From Polyangiales bacterium (GTDB lineage Bacteria; Myxococcota_A; Polyangia; Polyangiales; Houyiibacteriaceae), in contig JBGCFM010000062.1 of assembly GCA_045106895.1 (NCBI GenBank), positions 32,001 through 96,000 on the forward strand: 64,000 nt of DNA, written 5' to 3'. The position numbers and the translations under genes were made by a program. The notes below the pieces were generated by a model. That model did no database searches, was not told the DNA's origin, and was given only the letters and a program-made list of their open reading frames with translations. This document shows positions 36,053 to 45,261 of the stretch, in pieces. The first letter of the stretch is position 1. Each line of letters begins with the position of its first letter.

Positions 36053-36228
36053 CGCTTCGGGCGTGCATGGCCCTACTCATCTCTGCGGCGCTCAGAAAGC
36101 CCGGTGTTTCTGCGCTTCTTCGCAACTCGGGAACAAGCGGCCACTCGCCACGGTTGAAGGCGTGGATCCGCCGTGTTAGCCCGGCCGATGCGGTGTCCTG
36201 GGCGAAAGGACACGCAAAAGGAGTAACG

Positions 36229-38592
36229 ATGCGTAGGTCTCGAATCGAATTGCCTCTCAAGCTGTTGTGCGCATTGGCGTGCTCTTCGGCTCTGGCCTTT
36301 GGCGTTGCCTGCAGCGACGACGACGAAGAAAACGGCGAAGAGAGCGGCGAAAGCGGCGAGACGGGCGAAGGTGGCGGCGAAACAGCAGCTGGCGGTGGCG
36401 AAGAAGCCCCCGTCGAAGGGATGCAGACGCACCTCGATCTCATCGAGCTAGCGCATCTCGCCGACGTCGACCACGGCGGCCTCTACATCGACTTCGGCAC
36501 CGCGGCGCGCATGAAGTACACGAGCGGCACGTGGAACAGCGGCTGGGGCACTGACCGCATCGAAGATGGGCAGACCGTCAGCCGCTTCGGCGACAAAGGA
36601 CGCGTCTACTTCCCCGCCTGGGAAGACGGGGCGCTCACGATTCGTCTTCACCTTCGCGGCGTTGGCTCAAACCAGCTCATCGCCTTCGTCAACGGCACGA
36701 ACGTCGGCGAGCCCCGGGTCGGCGATGACTTCGAAACCGTCGACCTTGAGGTCCCTGCGAACGTGGTTCGACGGGGCGAAAACTACTTGCTGCTTCGCTC
36801 GACGGAGTCGACTCAAGTAGACGGCGAGTCCGTGAGCTTTGAAGTGGCGTCGCTTTGGGTGCGCTCCGCTGGCGCGACGGACGCCCAGGCGCCCCCGCCG
36901 CTCACCTCGCGAGAGACCGTTGGCACAAGCGCACGCGCGGGTCTCGCCGTCGATGCTCCGACAACCTTGAGCTGGTTCATCGAAGTCCCCGAAGATGGCA
37001 AGCTGCTGTTGAGCCATGGTCACGTGAGCGATGGTGAAGCGAGCATCGCTGTGCGCGCGACGCCGGAAGGTGGCGACACCGTCAACCTCGGCGACATCGC
37101 GGTAGGCGACAGCTGGGGTTCCACCACCATCGACCTCGCACCTCTGGCCGGCAAGATCGTACGCCTCAACCTTGAAGCCTCGGGCAACGGTCGTATCGCG
37201 CTCTCGCGCGTGCTCGTCGCGATTCCTGAGCCCGAGATGGTCGCAGCGGCGGAGATGCGAAACGTCATCGTGCTGACCATCGACACGCTTCGTGCGAGCA
37301 AGCTCAGGCCTTACAACCGCCGCTCCCCCGTGGAGACGCCTGCGTTCACCGCCTTCGCGGACGAGAACGCAAACTTCCAGACGGCGCAGTCATCGGAGAA
37401 CTGGACGAAGCCCGCCGTCGCTTCGATTCTGACGAGCCTCTTCCCCGTGACACACACGGCGAAGAACGACGGTTCGATCTTGCCTTCGACGGTGACAACG
37501 CTCGGCGAGGTCTTCCAAGAAGCCGACTTCGAGACCGGCAGTTTCTTGGCCAACGGCCACGTCTCCCGTGCCTTCGGTTTTGACCAGGGCTGGGACCACT
37601 ACACGAACTACATTCGCGAAAACCGAAACACCGAAGCGGAGAACGTCTTCGGCGAAGCGGCGACGTGGATCGAAGAGAACAAAGACGGGCGTTTCTTCGC
37701 CTACATCCAGACCATCGACCCCCACGTGCCCTACGATCCGCCGGACGAGTTCCTGCAGATGTACGATGCACGCACCAACTACGATGGCCGCGTTCGTAAC
37801 CGTTCAACGGCGGATCAGCTTGCGGAAGCGAAACGCCAACGAAACTCGGACACGCCCTACTTCTCTGAGAGCGATGTTCGTCGACTCACGGCTCTCCACC
37901 ATGGAGAGATCACGCAGCACGACCGCCACTTCGCGACGTTCCTCGCAAAGCTCGAAGAGCTCGGTCTCGCCGACAATACGATTATCGTTGTCACGAGCGA
38001 CCACGGCGAAGAGTTCGACGAACACGGAAGCTGGGGACACGGTCACTCGGTCTTCCAGGAGCTGCTGCACGTTCCACTGGCGATGCGCTGGCCTGGCGTC
38101 ACGGACTCGGGCCGCAGCATCCCGCAGGTGGTCTCCACGATGGACATTGGACCGACGGTTCTCGAAGCCGCCGGCGTCACGGCTCCCGCTGTGTTCGAGG
38201 GCCGTAGCCTCGCGGACTACCTTCGCGGCGGCATCCGCCCAGGACCTGCGGTGGCCTTCAGTGACTTCCAGGAAAACCGCCGAGTCATCACCGGTGGCGG
38301 CTGGAAGCTCATCCTTCGAAGCAGCCTGACCTACGTGCTCTTCGATCTGAACAACGACCCGCGGGAACGAAACGAGCTCGATGGTCGTCGTAACCCCATC
38401 GCCATGCGTTACTTGCGCATCCTCTCGGGACAGCAGCTTGGCGCCACCAACCGAACCCGCTGGCTCGAAGGCAGCGCGGATGCCGTCGCAACGATCCATG
38501 ACCCTGGTGAGGCGATGACCGAAGAGCTCTGCCGCCAGCTTGTCGCCCTTGGTTATATGGACTGCCTCTCGCAGTTCCCAGGCGCCGAATAG
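36229..38592 (+). CDS. Sulfatase-like lipoprotein (AlkP superfamily, Thr at nucleophile position)
   Basis: AAGGAG RBS, lipobox GVAC, VIVLTIDTLR, WTKPAVASILT, DPHVPY, SDHGE, HGH. Confidence 0.85.
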   Translation: MRRSRIELPLKLLCALACSSALAFGVACSDDDEENGEESGESGETGEGGGETAAGGGEEAPVEGMQTHLDLIELAHLADVDHGGLYIDFGTAARMKYTSGTWNSGWGTDRIEDGQTVSRFGDKGRVYFPAWEDGALTIRLHLRGVGSNQLIAFVNGTNVGEPRVGDDFETVDLEVPANVVRRGENYLLLRSTESTQVDGESVSFEVASLWVRSAGATDAQAPPPLTSRETVGTSARAGLAVDAPTTLSWFIEVPEDGKLLLSHGHVSDGEASIAVRATPEGGDTVNLGDIAVGDSWGSTTIDLAPLAGKIVRLNLEASGNGRIALSRVLVAIPEPEMVAAAEMRNVIVLTIDTLRASKLRPYNRRSPVETPAFTAFADENANFQTAQSSENWTKPAVASILTSLFPVTHTAKNDGSILPSTVTTLGEVFQEADFETGSFLANGHVSRAFGFDQGWDHYTNYIRENRNTEAENVFGEAATWIEENKDGRFFAYIQTIDPHVPYDPPDEFLQMYDARTNYDGRVRNRSTADQLAEAKRQRNSDTPYFSESDVRRLTALHHGEITQHDRHFATFLAKLEELGLADNTIIVVTSDHGEEFDEHGSWGHGHSVFQELLHVPLAMRWPGVTDSGRSIPQVVSTMDIGPTVLEAAGVTAPAVFEGRSLADYLRGGIRPGPAVAFSDFQENRRVITGGGWKLILRSSLTYVLFDLNNDPRERNELDGRRNPIAMRYLRILSGQQLGATNRTRWLEGSADAVATIHDPGEAMTEELCRQLVALGYMDCLSQFPGAE

Positions 38593-38700
38593 GCGAGCCC
38601 ACTTCGTCCGGGAATGTCGGTTTGCGACATTCCCGGCCCTCCTTTTTCTGCCCACACCAAGGACGTTTTCGTGCCGAGCGATTCAAACGCGACGAACAGC

Positions 38701-40404
38701 ATGAACGGGTCCGCGAAGAACCTGGTGCTCGGCCTCGACGGGGCAGACGTTGAGTTGATGCTCTCACTGGGCCAAGAGCGTCTGCCGACGTTGTTTGGTT
38801 TGATGGAGTCCGGCGCGTGGTCGCGGCAACAAAGCGTGCAGCCGCCGGCAACATTGCCGAACTGGACCACGTTTCTGACCGGAGTCGACCCGGGCGAACA
38901 CGGCGTCTTTGACTTCACGACGCGAGATGGCTACCGGGTCCACTTCACCGCCGGATCCGTGCGTGAGGCCCCGACTCTCATGGCCCGCCTCGACAAGATG
39001 GGCCGCCGCTGCGCCTGCATCGGGTTTCCCGCGACCTACCCGCCCGAGCAACTGGACCACGGCGTGTTCATCTCCGGGTGGGATGCGCCGGTGGCCTTCG
39101 ACGACGACCCCAGCTTTGTCTGGCCGAGGGCGCTCCACGGCAAGATCAAGGAGCGCTTTGGCGCGACGCGGTTCGACGACGTCGATGAGTTCGACGCCGA
39201 GCGACCCGGCTGGCACGACGACCTGGCCGATTCCCTTGTCAAACGCATCGAGCGAAAGGTCGAGCTGGGTTCGTGGCTCTTGGCGGGCGAAGACTGGGAC
39301 CTCTTCGCCCTCTACTTTGGCGAAAGCGATACAGCGTCCCATCACCTGTGGGCGCACCACGACACGGGCTCCCCGCGTCACGTCCCCGGGGCGTCGAGTC
39401 CCGCAGCTCGCGCAGGACTCGGGCGAGTGTACGAAGCCCTCGACGCAGCCGTCGCTCGCTTGATCAAAGCGGCCGGTGAGAACGTGGAAGTGACCATCGT
39501 CAGCGACCATGGTTCCGGCGGTTCCGGTGATCGAGTTCTCTATTTGAACCGCGCCCTCGCCGACGCCGGCCTCCTTACTTTTCGTTCGTCGTCCATCGCC
39601 GAAAAGCTCCGCAAGCGGGTCACCCAACGCGTCAAGGACACGGCGCTGACTCTCCTGCCGCCGGTTGTGCGTCAGAGCCTTTTTCGCTTCGGCGGTGCGA
39701 TGCTTCCAAGTCTCCTCGAGTCCTTCGCGCGCTTCGGTGCCATCGACATGGAGAGGACCCGGGCCTTCAGCGATGAGCTCAACTACTTCCCGGGCGTGTG
39801 GCTCAACCAACGTCATCGCGAACCTTCCGGCGTCGTCGAGGAGTCTGAGCGTGACGCGACGCTTCGTGAAGTGGAGCGCTGTCTCCGTGCGCTGCGCGAT
39901 CCCTTTAGTGGGCAGCCTGTCGTCGAGCATGTGTGGCGCCGCGAAGAGCTCTTTCATGGACCGTTCTTAGAGCGCGCCCCCGACCTTCTCCTGGGACTGC
40001 ATCTCGTCGACGGGTACAGCTACAACTTGATGCCAAGCGCGAGCGCGCCGGCGGACTGCCGCGAAGCATGGCGCAAGCTCAGCCGCGACGAGTTTCATGG
40101 CCGAAAGGGCCGCAGCCTTGGAGGGTCACACCGCGACAAGGGCCTGTTCATCGCCCACGGCCCGCGCATCGCCGCCATCGGCGAGATTGAATCCGCCATC
40201 GCCGACGCGTCTGCGACTCTCCTCGCGCGCATGGACATCTCCGTGCCAGCGAACGCTGCGGGGCGCGTGCTCTATGAAGTCCTCGCGGACTTCTCCGGAG
40301 AGTCCGAAGCGCTGCCGGACGCTCAGGTTCGGAAGAAAGCAAACGACGGAGCCGGCGAAGCCGCTGTCGAGAGACGTCTTCGGGCGCTGGGGTACATCGA
40401 TTGA
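38701..40404 (+). CDS. Alkaline phosphatase family protein (type I phosphodiesterase/COG3379-like)
   Basis: VLGLDGA, PPATLPNWTTFLTGVDPGEHGVFDF, DTASH, SDHG, C-terminal LRALGYID. Start may lie up to 87 nt upstream. Confidence 0.88.
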   Translation: MNGSAKNLVLGLDGADVELMLSLGQERLPTLFGLMESGAWSRQQSVQPPATLPNWTTFLTGVDPGEHGVFDFTTRDGYRVHFTAGSVREAPTLMARLDKMGRRCACIGFPATYPPEQLDHGVFISGWDAPVAFDDDPSFVWPRALHGKIKERFGATRFDDVDEFDAERPGWHDDLADSLVKRIERKVELGSWLLAGEDWDLFALYFGESDTASHHLWAHHDTGSPRHVPGASSPAARAGLGRVYEALDAAVARLIKAAGENVEVTIVSDHGSGGSGDRVLYLNRALADAGLLTFRSSSIAEKLRKRVTQRVKDTALTLLPPVVRQSLFRFGGAMLPSLLESFARFGAIDMERTRAFSDELNYFPGVWLNQRHREPSGVVEESERDATLREVERCLRALRDPFSGQPVVEHVWRREELFHGPFLERAPDLLLGLHLVDGYSYNLMPSASAPADCREAWRKLSRDEFHGRKGRSLGGSHRDKGLFIAHGPRIAAIGEIESAIADASATLLARMDISVPANAAGRVLYEVLADFSGESEALPDAQVRKKANDGAGEAAVERRLRALGYID

Positions 40405-40895
40405 AGCCGTTTGCTTTGATTCTGCTCGCCGCCTGCGGAACGTCGCCTCCGCCTTCGGAAGAGGCGCCGCCGGAGCCCGGGCGCGCGACACCGACGATGG
40501 AAACGAGGGAGGTTAGCGACGAAGAAGTCGATGAGCGACCCGCGGAAGTCACCACCGAGGCGGAACCGCTCCCGCCCCTCGAAGGTCCGCGCAACTTCGT
40601 GACGCCACACCACTGTCACCCGCCGGGCCCATGCACTTTTGATTTTGAAACGTTGCGTGGCGCGCAGCACATCGACGTTGGACATGGGCACGCGAGCCCA
40701 CCCCAGCTCGACGTGGTGTTGCGCATCGCCGAAGGCAATGCACGCGTTGAGGGAGTCGTCGCGACGTCGACGGACGAGGTGCGCGGCACCGTTGTCGCGA
40801 GGCCGCGTGACTCGCTGGAGGGGCAGGCGTTCTATTTAACGATCGACGGTGAAGCGACTTCCGCCGAAGTGGAGCTGAGCTTTCATTCGGAGTGA
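40401..40895 (+). CDS. Hypothetical lipoprotein
   Basis: MKPFALILLAAC lipobox; TTGA overlap with upstream stop. Confidence 0.7.
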   Translation: MKPFALILLAACGTSPPPSEEAPPEPGRATPTMETREVSDEEVDERPAEVTTEAEPLPPLEGPRNFVTPHHCHPPGPCTFDFETLRGAQHIDVGHGHASPPQLDVVLRIAEGNARVEGVVATSTDEVRGTVVARPRDSLEGQAFYLTIDGEATSAEVELSFHSE

Positions 40896-41064
40896 ATGTG
40901 CGCTCGTGTAAGAGCGAATCCCAATAAGCGTACGTGTCGAACAGCACTGTGTATGCGAAGCGCACCGCGTTCTGCTCGGAGTCGCGCTCCTGGGTCACGA
41001 ATGGGGGCATCGGCGCGCTTGTGGGACTCGCTCAAAACGTGCGAAACGCTTAGCATCGCTTGAT

Positions 41065-44000
41065 ATGACAACACGGCGTTCTCTCTTTGCTCTCCTTGTC
41101 CTCGGTGCGTGCTCGACGGTGACAGAGCCCGAAAGCACGGAAGTCGCCAACATCGCGCCCCCCGTCGTCGCCACGGAAGCGGAGAGCGTGTTCGACGCCC
41201 GCGCCGAAATGTTTGCGCGATGGCGCGACGAACACAACTCCGCCGGAGCCGCATACGACCTGTCTTCGATCGGGGATGCTTGGCATGGTGAGTCTCTGGC
41301 TTCGGCGTTTCGATTCCGCATCGACGAGGGCGGCGTCATGGCCCTAAACGTATCGCCGGAGACCGGCGATAGTGTGGACGCGTTGGACGGCGACGTGCAT
41401 CAGCGCGTCAGGCTGAGAGCGTGGGGCCGAGGTGATACCTCGTCTCCCGGCGAAGCGGAGGTACATGCGGACGGAAACCGCGCGGAGATTCGTCATTCTT
41501 CGGCCGCGAACGCTGAGGCGCTCGTCGAGTGGTACGTCAACGGACCACATGGACTTGAGCACGGTTTCGACATCGCCGCGCGACCCGCCGGAAACGGCGA
41601 AGTCACTCTCCGGCTCAGCGTCGATGGGAGCGTCGAGCTTCGCGAAGATAGCGAAGACCGCATTACCTTCGTGAACGAGGGCGACGCGGTTCTGGCCTAC
41701 ACGGGACTCATCGTTCAGGACGCTACGGGTCGCACCTTGCCTTCAAGTATGCGCGTCGAAGACGACATGATCGCGCTCCACTTCGACGACGTGGACGCTG
41801 AGTATCCGGTTGTCGTAGATCCGTGGTTCGTTCGAAATGACATGGTCCCATCGGACGCTGGGCCAGGGCTTCGCTTTGGAACCGCAGTGGCCATGGACGA
41901 CGACACCGCCATCATCGGCGCCCTCAACTCTGTGTACTTCTTCGTGCTGACGGGCGGGATGTGGGTTCAAGCGCAGCAAGTCCCAGCGCCGCCGGGAGCT
42001 TCACGCTTCGGGTGGGCCGTGGCCATCGAAGGCGACCGTGCTGTCGTGGGGGCGCAGTACGATACAGCGCGCGGCAGCACCGCTGGGGCCGCCTACACCT
42101 ACACACGCTCCGGCGGAGTTTGGACGCTGGAGCAACAGCTTCTAGGGGCCCTGACTGCTCCCGGCGACCGATTTGGTATTTCCGTCGATATCGATGAGGA
42201 CACCATCGCCGTCGGTGCCGTGAATCATCAGGTCCTGGGCGCAGCACACATCTTCGTCCGGGACGGGGCTGCGTGGAGCGAGCAAGCAACGGTTGTTCGC
42301 GAAGGGGATTGGACCACGGCTGACGCGTTTGGAACGTCCGTCGCGCTCGATGGCGACAACCTCGCGATGGGCGCTCCCTCGGAAAACAGTCGACGTGGTT
42401 CAGCGTATGTGTTCGTGCGCGATGGAGCGGGCACATGGTCTCAACAGGCGCGCGTCACGCACCCCGCGCCGGTCGCCGCCGACGACTTCGGGAGCGACGT
42501 CTCCATCGTCGACGAGAGGCTCGTCGTAGGGGCCCGAAGCGAGGAGCCCGGCGGCGCTGCGCAGGTGGGAACCATTTCGGTCTACCTGAGAACCGGAACC
42601 ACCTGGGACCGCGAGGCTTACCTCGTACACCCGGAGGGCGAGCACAAGCAGGCGGGCGCGCGACTTGATTTTGACGGTACGCGCATCGTTGCCGGCGCCG
42701 CGAACTCCATCTCGCGTTCCGCAAGCCCTGGATACGCGCACGTGTGGGGCCGTATCGGATCGACGTGGACGCTGCGGACTCGTCTCGACGTTCCCGGCGG
42801 GATCTTTGGCGATTACTGGGGTCGTGATGTGGCCTTCTCCGGCCTATGGGCGATTCTCGTATCGTCGGTGACGGACATCAACGGCGCCGACTCCGGAGGC
42901 GCCCGCGCCTTTGAGCTCGTTCTCTACGACGACGGCACCGAATGCGAAAACGTTTGGGACTGCGAAAGCGGTTTCTGCGTCGACGGCGTGTGCTGCGAGA
43001 ACGGATGTGGTGGTGGCGTTCCTTCCGATTGCCAAGCGTGCACGAATGCGCTCACGGGACTCGCCGACGGTTCCTGCGGACCCATCGCGGAAGGTTCGTC
43101 GTGCGGTGATATTCGGGACACTGATTGCGACGCCGCCGACACATGCGACCCCTTCGGTCGATGCATGGAGAACATCGCCGAGGCCGGCGCCGCCTGCAAT
43201 GACGGTGCAGATGCCCCATGCAACGCACCCGACACGTGCGACGGGGCTGGCGAATGTGATGACAATATTGCGGACGCGGGCGAACTGTGCCGCCCCGTCG
43301 CCGATGTCTGCGACGTGGCAGAGTTCTGCGATGGGAGTGACACGTGCCCGAGCGACACCTTCGTCGTAGAAGGAACAGAATGCCGAGCGGCGGTAGGCGC
43401 CTGCGACCTCGTGGAAGCTTGCACGGGTGTGACCGCAGCGTGCCCTGCGGACGAGCTTGTGATGGCCGGGACAACATGCCGTGAGTCGCGTGGTGGCTGC
43501 GACCCTCAAGAGCTCTGCGATGGTCTGAGCCCCCTCTGCCAGGTGGACTCGTTGTCGCCTCTTGGAACCGTTTGCCGAGTCGCCGCCGGAGCATGTGATA
43601 TCGGAGAACAGTGTGACGGCGTAGGTGATTCGTGCCCCGCGGACCGCGTCGCCTCCACCGACACCGTGTGCCGCCCCGCCGGAACCTGCGACGCCGCAGA
43701 AACCTGCGACGGAAGCGTAAACTGCCCGACCGACCTACTCGAACCACCAGGCACACAGTGCGGGAGTGGTCCATCGCCGTGCAGCGCGCAGGACACCTGC
43801 AGCGCACTCGGCGAATGTGAAACCAACCACACCATGGATGGCGCGACCTGCGACAATTCTTTCTGTGTGACCGGGGGCGTCTGTAGCGCAGGCGTGTGCG
43901 GGGACGGAACAGATCGAATGTGCCCGGCGGAGCTCAAGTGCTCCGAGGTGGCCATGTCCTGCGTCCCTCCCTGCGGCGACGGAGAAATCGACGCTGGCGA

Positions 44001-45261
44001 GGCTTGCGACGATGGCGCAGCAAACTCGGACACGGAAGCCGACGCCTGCCGAACAGACTGCTCGCTTCCAACATGTGGGGACGCCATCGCCGACGAGGCT
44101 GAGGAATGCGACGACGGCGAAGACAACTCGGACGAAGAGCCCAATGCCTGCCGTCTTGACTGTGCGGCGCCAAGCTGTGGCGACGGCGTCATCGACAACG
44201 GCGAAGGCTGCGATGATGGTGATCTTAACTCATCGGATCCGTTGGCTCGCTGTGGCCTGGACTGCGCTCTCCGCACCTGCGGCGATGGAGTCGTGGATGC
44301 CGGCGAAGAGTGCGACGATGGGGAGGAGAACGCCGACACCATCGACGCCTGCCGAACGAACTGCACCCTCCCGCTCTGCGGGGATGGAGTCATCGATACC
44401 GATGAGCTCTGCGATGACGGCTCGTTGAACTCCGACACGGAGGCCGACGCGTGCCGACCGGACTGCATGCTCGCAATGTGCGGCGACGGTGTCGTCGACA
44501 CGGGCGAGAGCTGCGACGAGGGCGACGAGAACTCCGACGAAGCAGGAGCGACTTGTCGAACGAACTGTGCACTGCGTACGTGCGGCGACGGACTCATCGA
44601 TGAAGGCGAGGAGTGCGACAATGGCGACGAGAACGGGGATGAGCCGGGAGCGTGCCGCGGGACCTGCGTACTGGCCTCTTGTGGCGACGGTGTTCTCGAC
44701 GCAGGCGAAGTGTGCGACGAAGGTGGCCTGAACTCAGATGTGCGACCTGACGCGTGCCGCACGTCCTGCGAAGCCCCCGTATGCGGCGACGGCGTTCAAG
44801 ACGCAGGAGAATCATGTGACGACGGCGACGACAACGCAGAAGGGGCGCGTTGTCGTCCGGGTTGCGTCGTGGCGACCTGTGGTGACGGGAACATCGATGC
44901 CGGCGAAATGTGCGATGACGGCGATGAGAACGCCGACGCACCAGACACCTGCAGGACAACCTGCGCGCTTCCACGCTGTGGCGACGAGATCGTGGACACG
45001 GGCGAGGTCTGCGACGACGGACCAAGCGGGTCTGGAACCTGCAGCTCGGCCTGCGTGATGGTCACCACAGAGATGGACGCCGGCGTCGCCATGGACGCCG
45101 GTAGCCCAGACAGCGGTCCCCGTACGGATGCAGGGGGCGAAGCTCCTATGAGCGAGGGAGGCGGCTGTTCTTGTCGTGCCACAGACCAACGTTCCGGTGC
45201 GGCGACGCCGTGGGCCTTCCTGCTCTTTGGCCTCGTGTTCGCACGTCGGAGGTTCCGATGA
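41065..45261 (+). CDS. Large surface protein: FG-GAP propeller, disintegrin-like repeats, myxobacterial Cys-rich (DUF4215-like) repeats, MYXO-CTERM
   Basis: LGAC signal, FGxxVA..GA repeats, CRxxxGxCDxxExCxGxxxxCPxD repeats, CGDG..D.GE.CDDG repeats, GGGCSCRA-TM-RRRFR tail. Confidence 0.9.
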   Translation: MTTRRSLFALLVLGACSTVTEPESTEVANIAPPVVATEAESVFDARAEMFARWRDEHNSAGAAYDLSSIGDAWHGESLASAFRFRIDEGGVMALNVSPETGDSVDALDGDVHQRVRLRAWGRGDTSSPGEAEVHADGNRAEIRHSSAANAEALVEWYVNGPHGLEHGFDIAARPAGNGEVTLRLSVDGSVELREDSEDRITFVNEGDAVLAYTGLIVQDATGRTLPSSMRVEDDMIALHFDDVDAEYPVVVDPWFVRNDMVPSDAGPGLRFGTAVAMDDDTAIIGALNSVYFFVLTGGMWVQAQQVPAPPGASRFGWAVAIEGDRAVVGAQYDTARGSTAGAAYTYTRSGGVWTLEQQLLGALTAPGDRFGISVDIDEDTIAVGAVNHQVLGAAHIFVRDGAAWSEQATVVREGDWTTADAFGTSVALDGDNLAMGAPSENSRRGSAYVFVRDGAGTWSQQARVTHPAPVAADDFGSDVSIVDERLVVGARSEEPGGAAQVGTISVYLRTGTTWDREAYLVHPEGEHKQAGARLDFDGTRIVAGAANSISRSASPGYAHVWGRIGSTWTLRTRLDVPGGIFGDYWGRDVAFSGLWAILVSSVTDINGADSGGARAFELVLYDDGTECENVWDCESGFCVDGVCCENGCGGGVPSDCQACTNALTGLADGSCGPIAEGSSCGDIRDTDCDAADTCDPFGRCMENIAEAGAACNDGADAPCNAPDTCDGAGECDDNIADAGELCRPVADVCDVAEFCDGSDTCPSDTFVVEGTECRAAVGACDLVEACTGVTAACPADELVMAGTTCRESRGGCDPQELCDGLSPLCQVDSLSPLGTVCRVAAGACDIGEQCDGVGDSCPADRVASTDTVCRPAGTCDAAETCDGSVNCPTDLLEPPGTQCGSGPSPCSAQDTCSALGECETNHTMDGATCDNSFCVTGGVCSAGVCGDGTDRMCPAELKCSEVAMSCVPPCGDGEIDAGEACDDGAANSDTEADACRTDCSLPTCGDAIADEAEECDDGEDNSDEEPNACRLDCAAPSCGDGVIDNGEGCDDGDLNSSDPLARCGLDCALRTCGDGVVDAGEECDDGEENADTIDACRTNCTLPLCGDGVIDTDELCDDGSLNSDTEADACRPDCMLAMCGDGVVDTGESCDEGDENSDEAGATCRTNCALRTCGDGLIDEGEECDNGDENGDEPGACRGTCVLASCGDGVLDAGEVCDEGGLNSDVRPDACRTSCEAPVCGDGVQDAGESCDDGDDNAEGARCRPGCVVATCGDGNIDAGEMCDDGDENADAPDTCRTTCALPRCGDEIVDTGEVCDDGPSGSGTCSSACVMVTTEMDAGVAMDAGSPDSGPRTDAGGEAPMSEGGGCSCRATDQRSGAATPWAFLLFGLVFARRRFR
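43972..45054 (+). repeat. Eleven tandem ~100-nt coding repeats (CGDGxxDxGExCDDG unit)
   Basis: Eleven units counted in the translation; recurring TGCGGCGACGG...TGCGACGA at DNA level. Confidence 0.85.

Noticed and set aside
43972..45054. CRISPR-like or non-coding repeat array
   Set aside because: Units are degenerate, in-frame protein repeats with no identical direct repeats; no cas genes are present.
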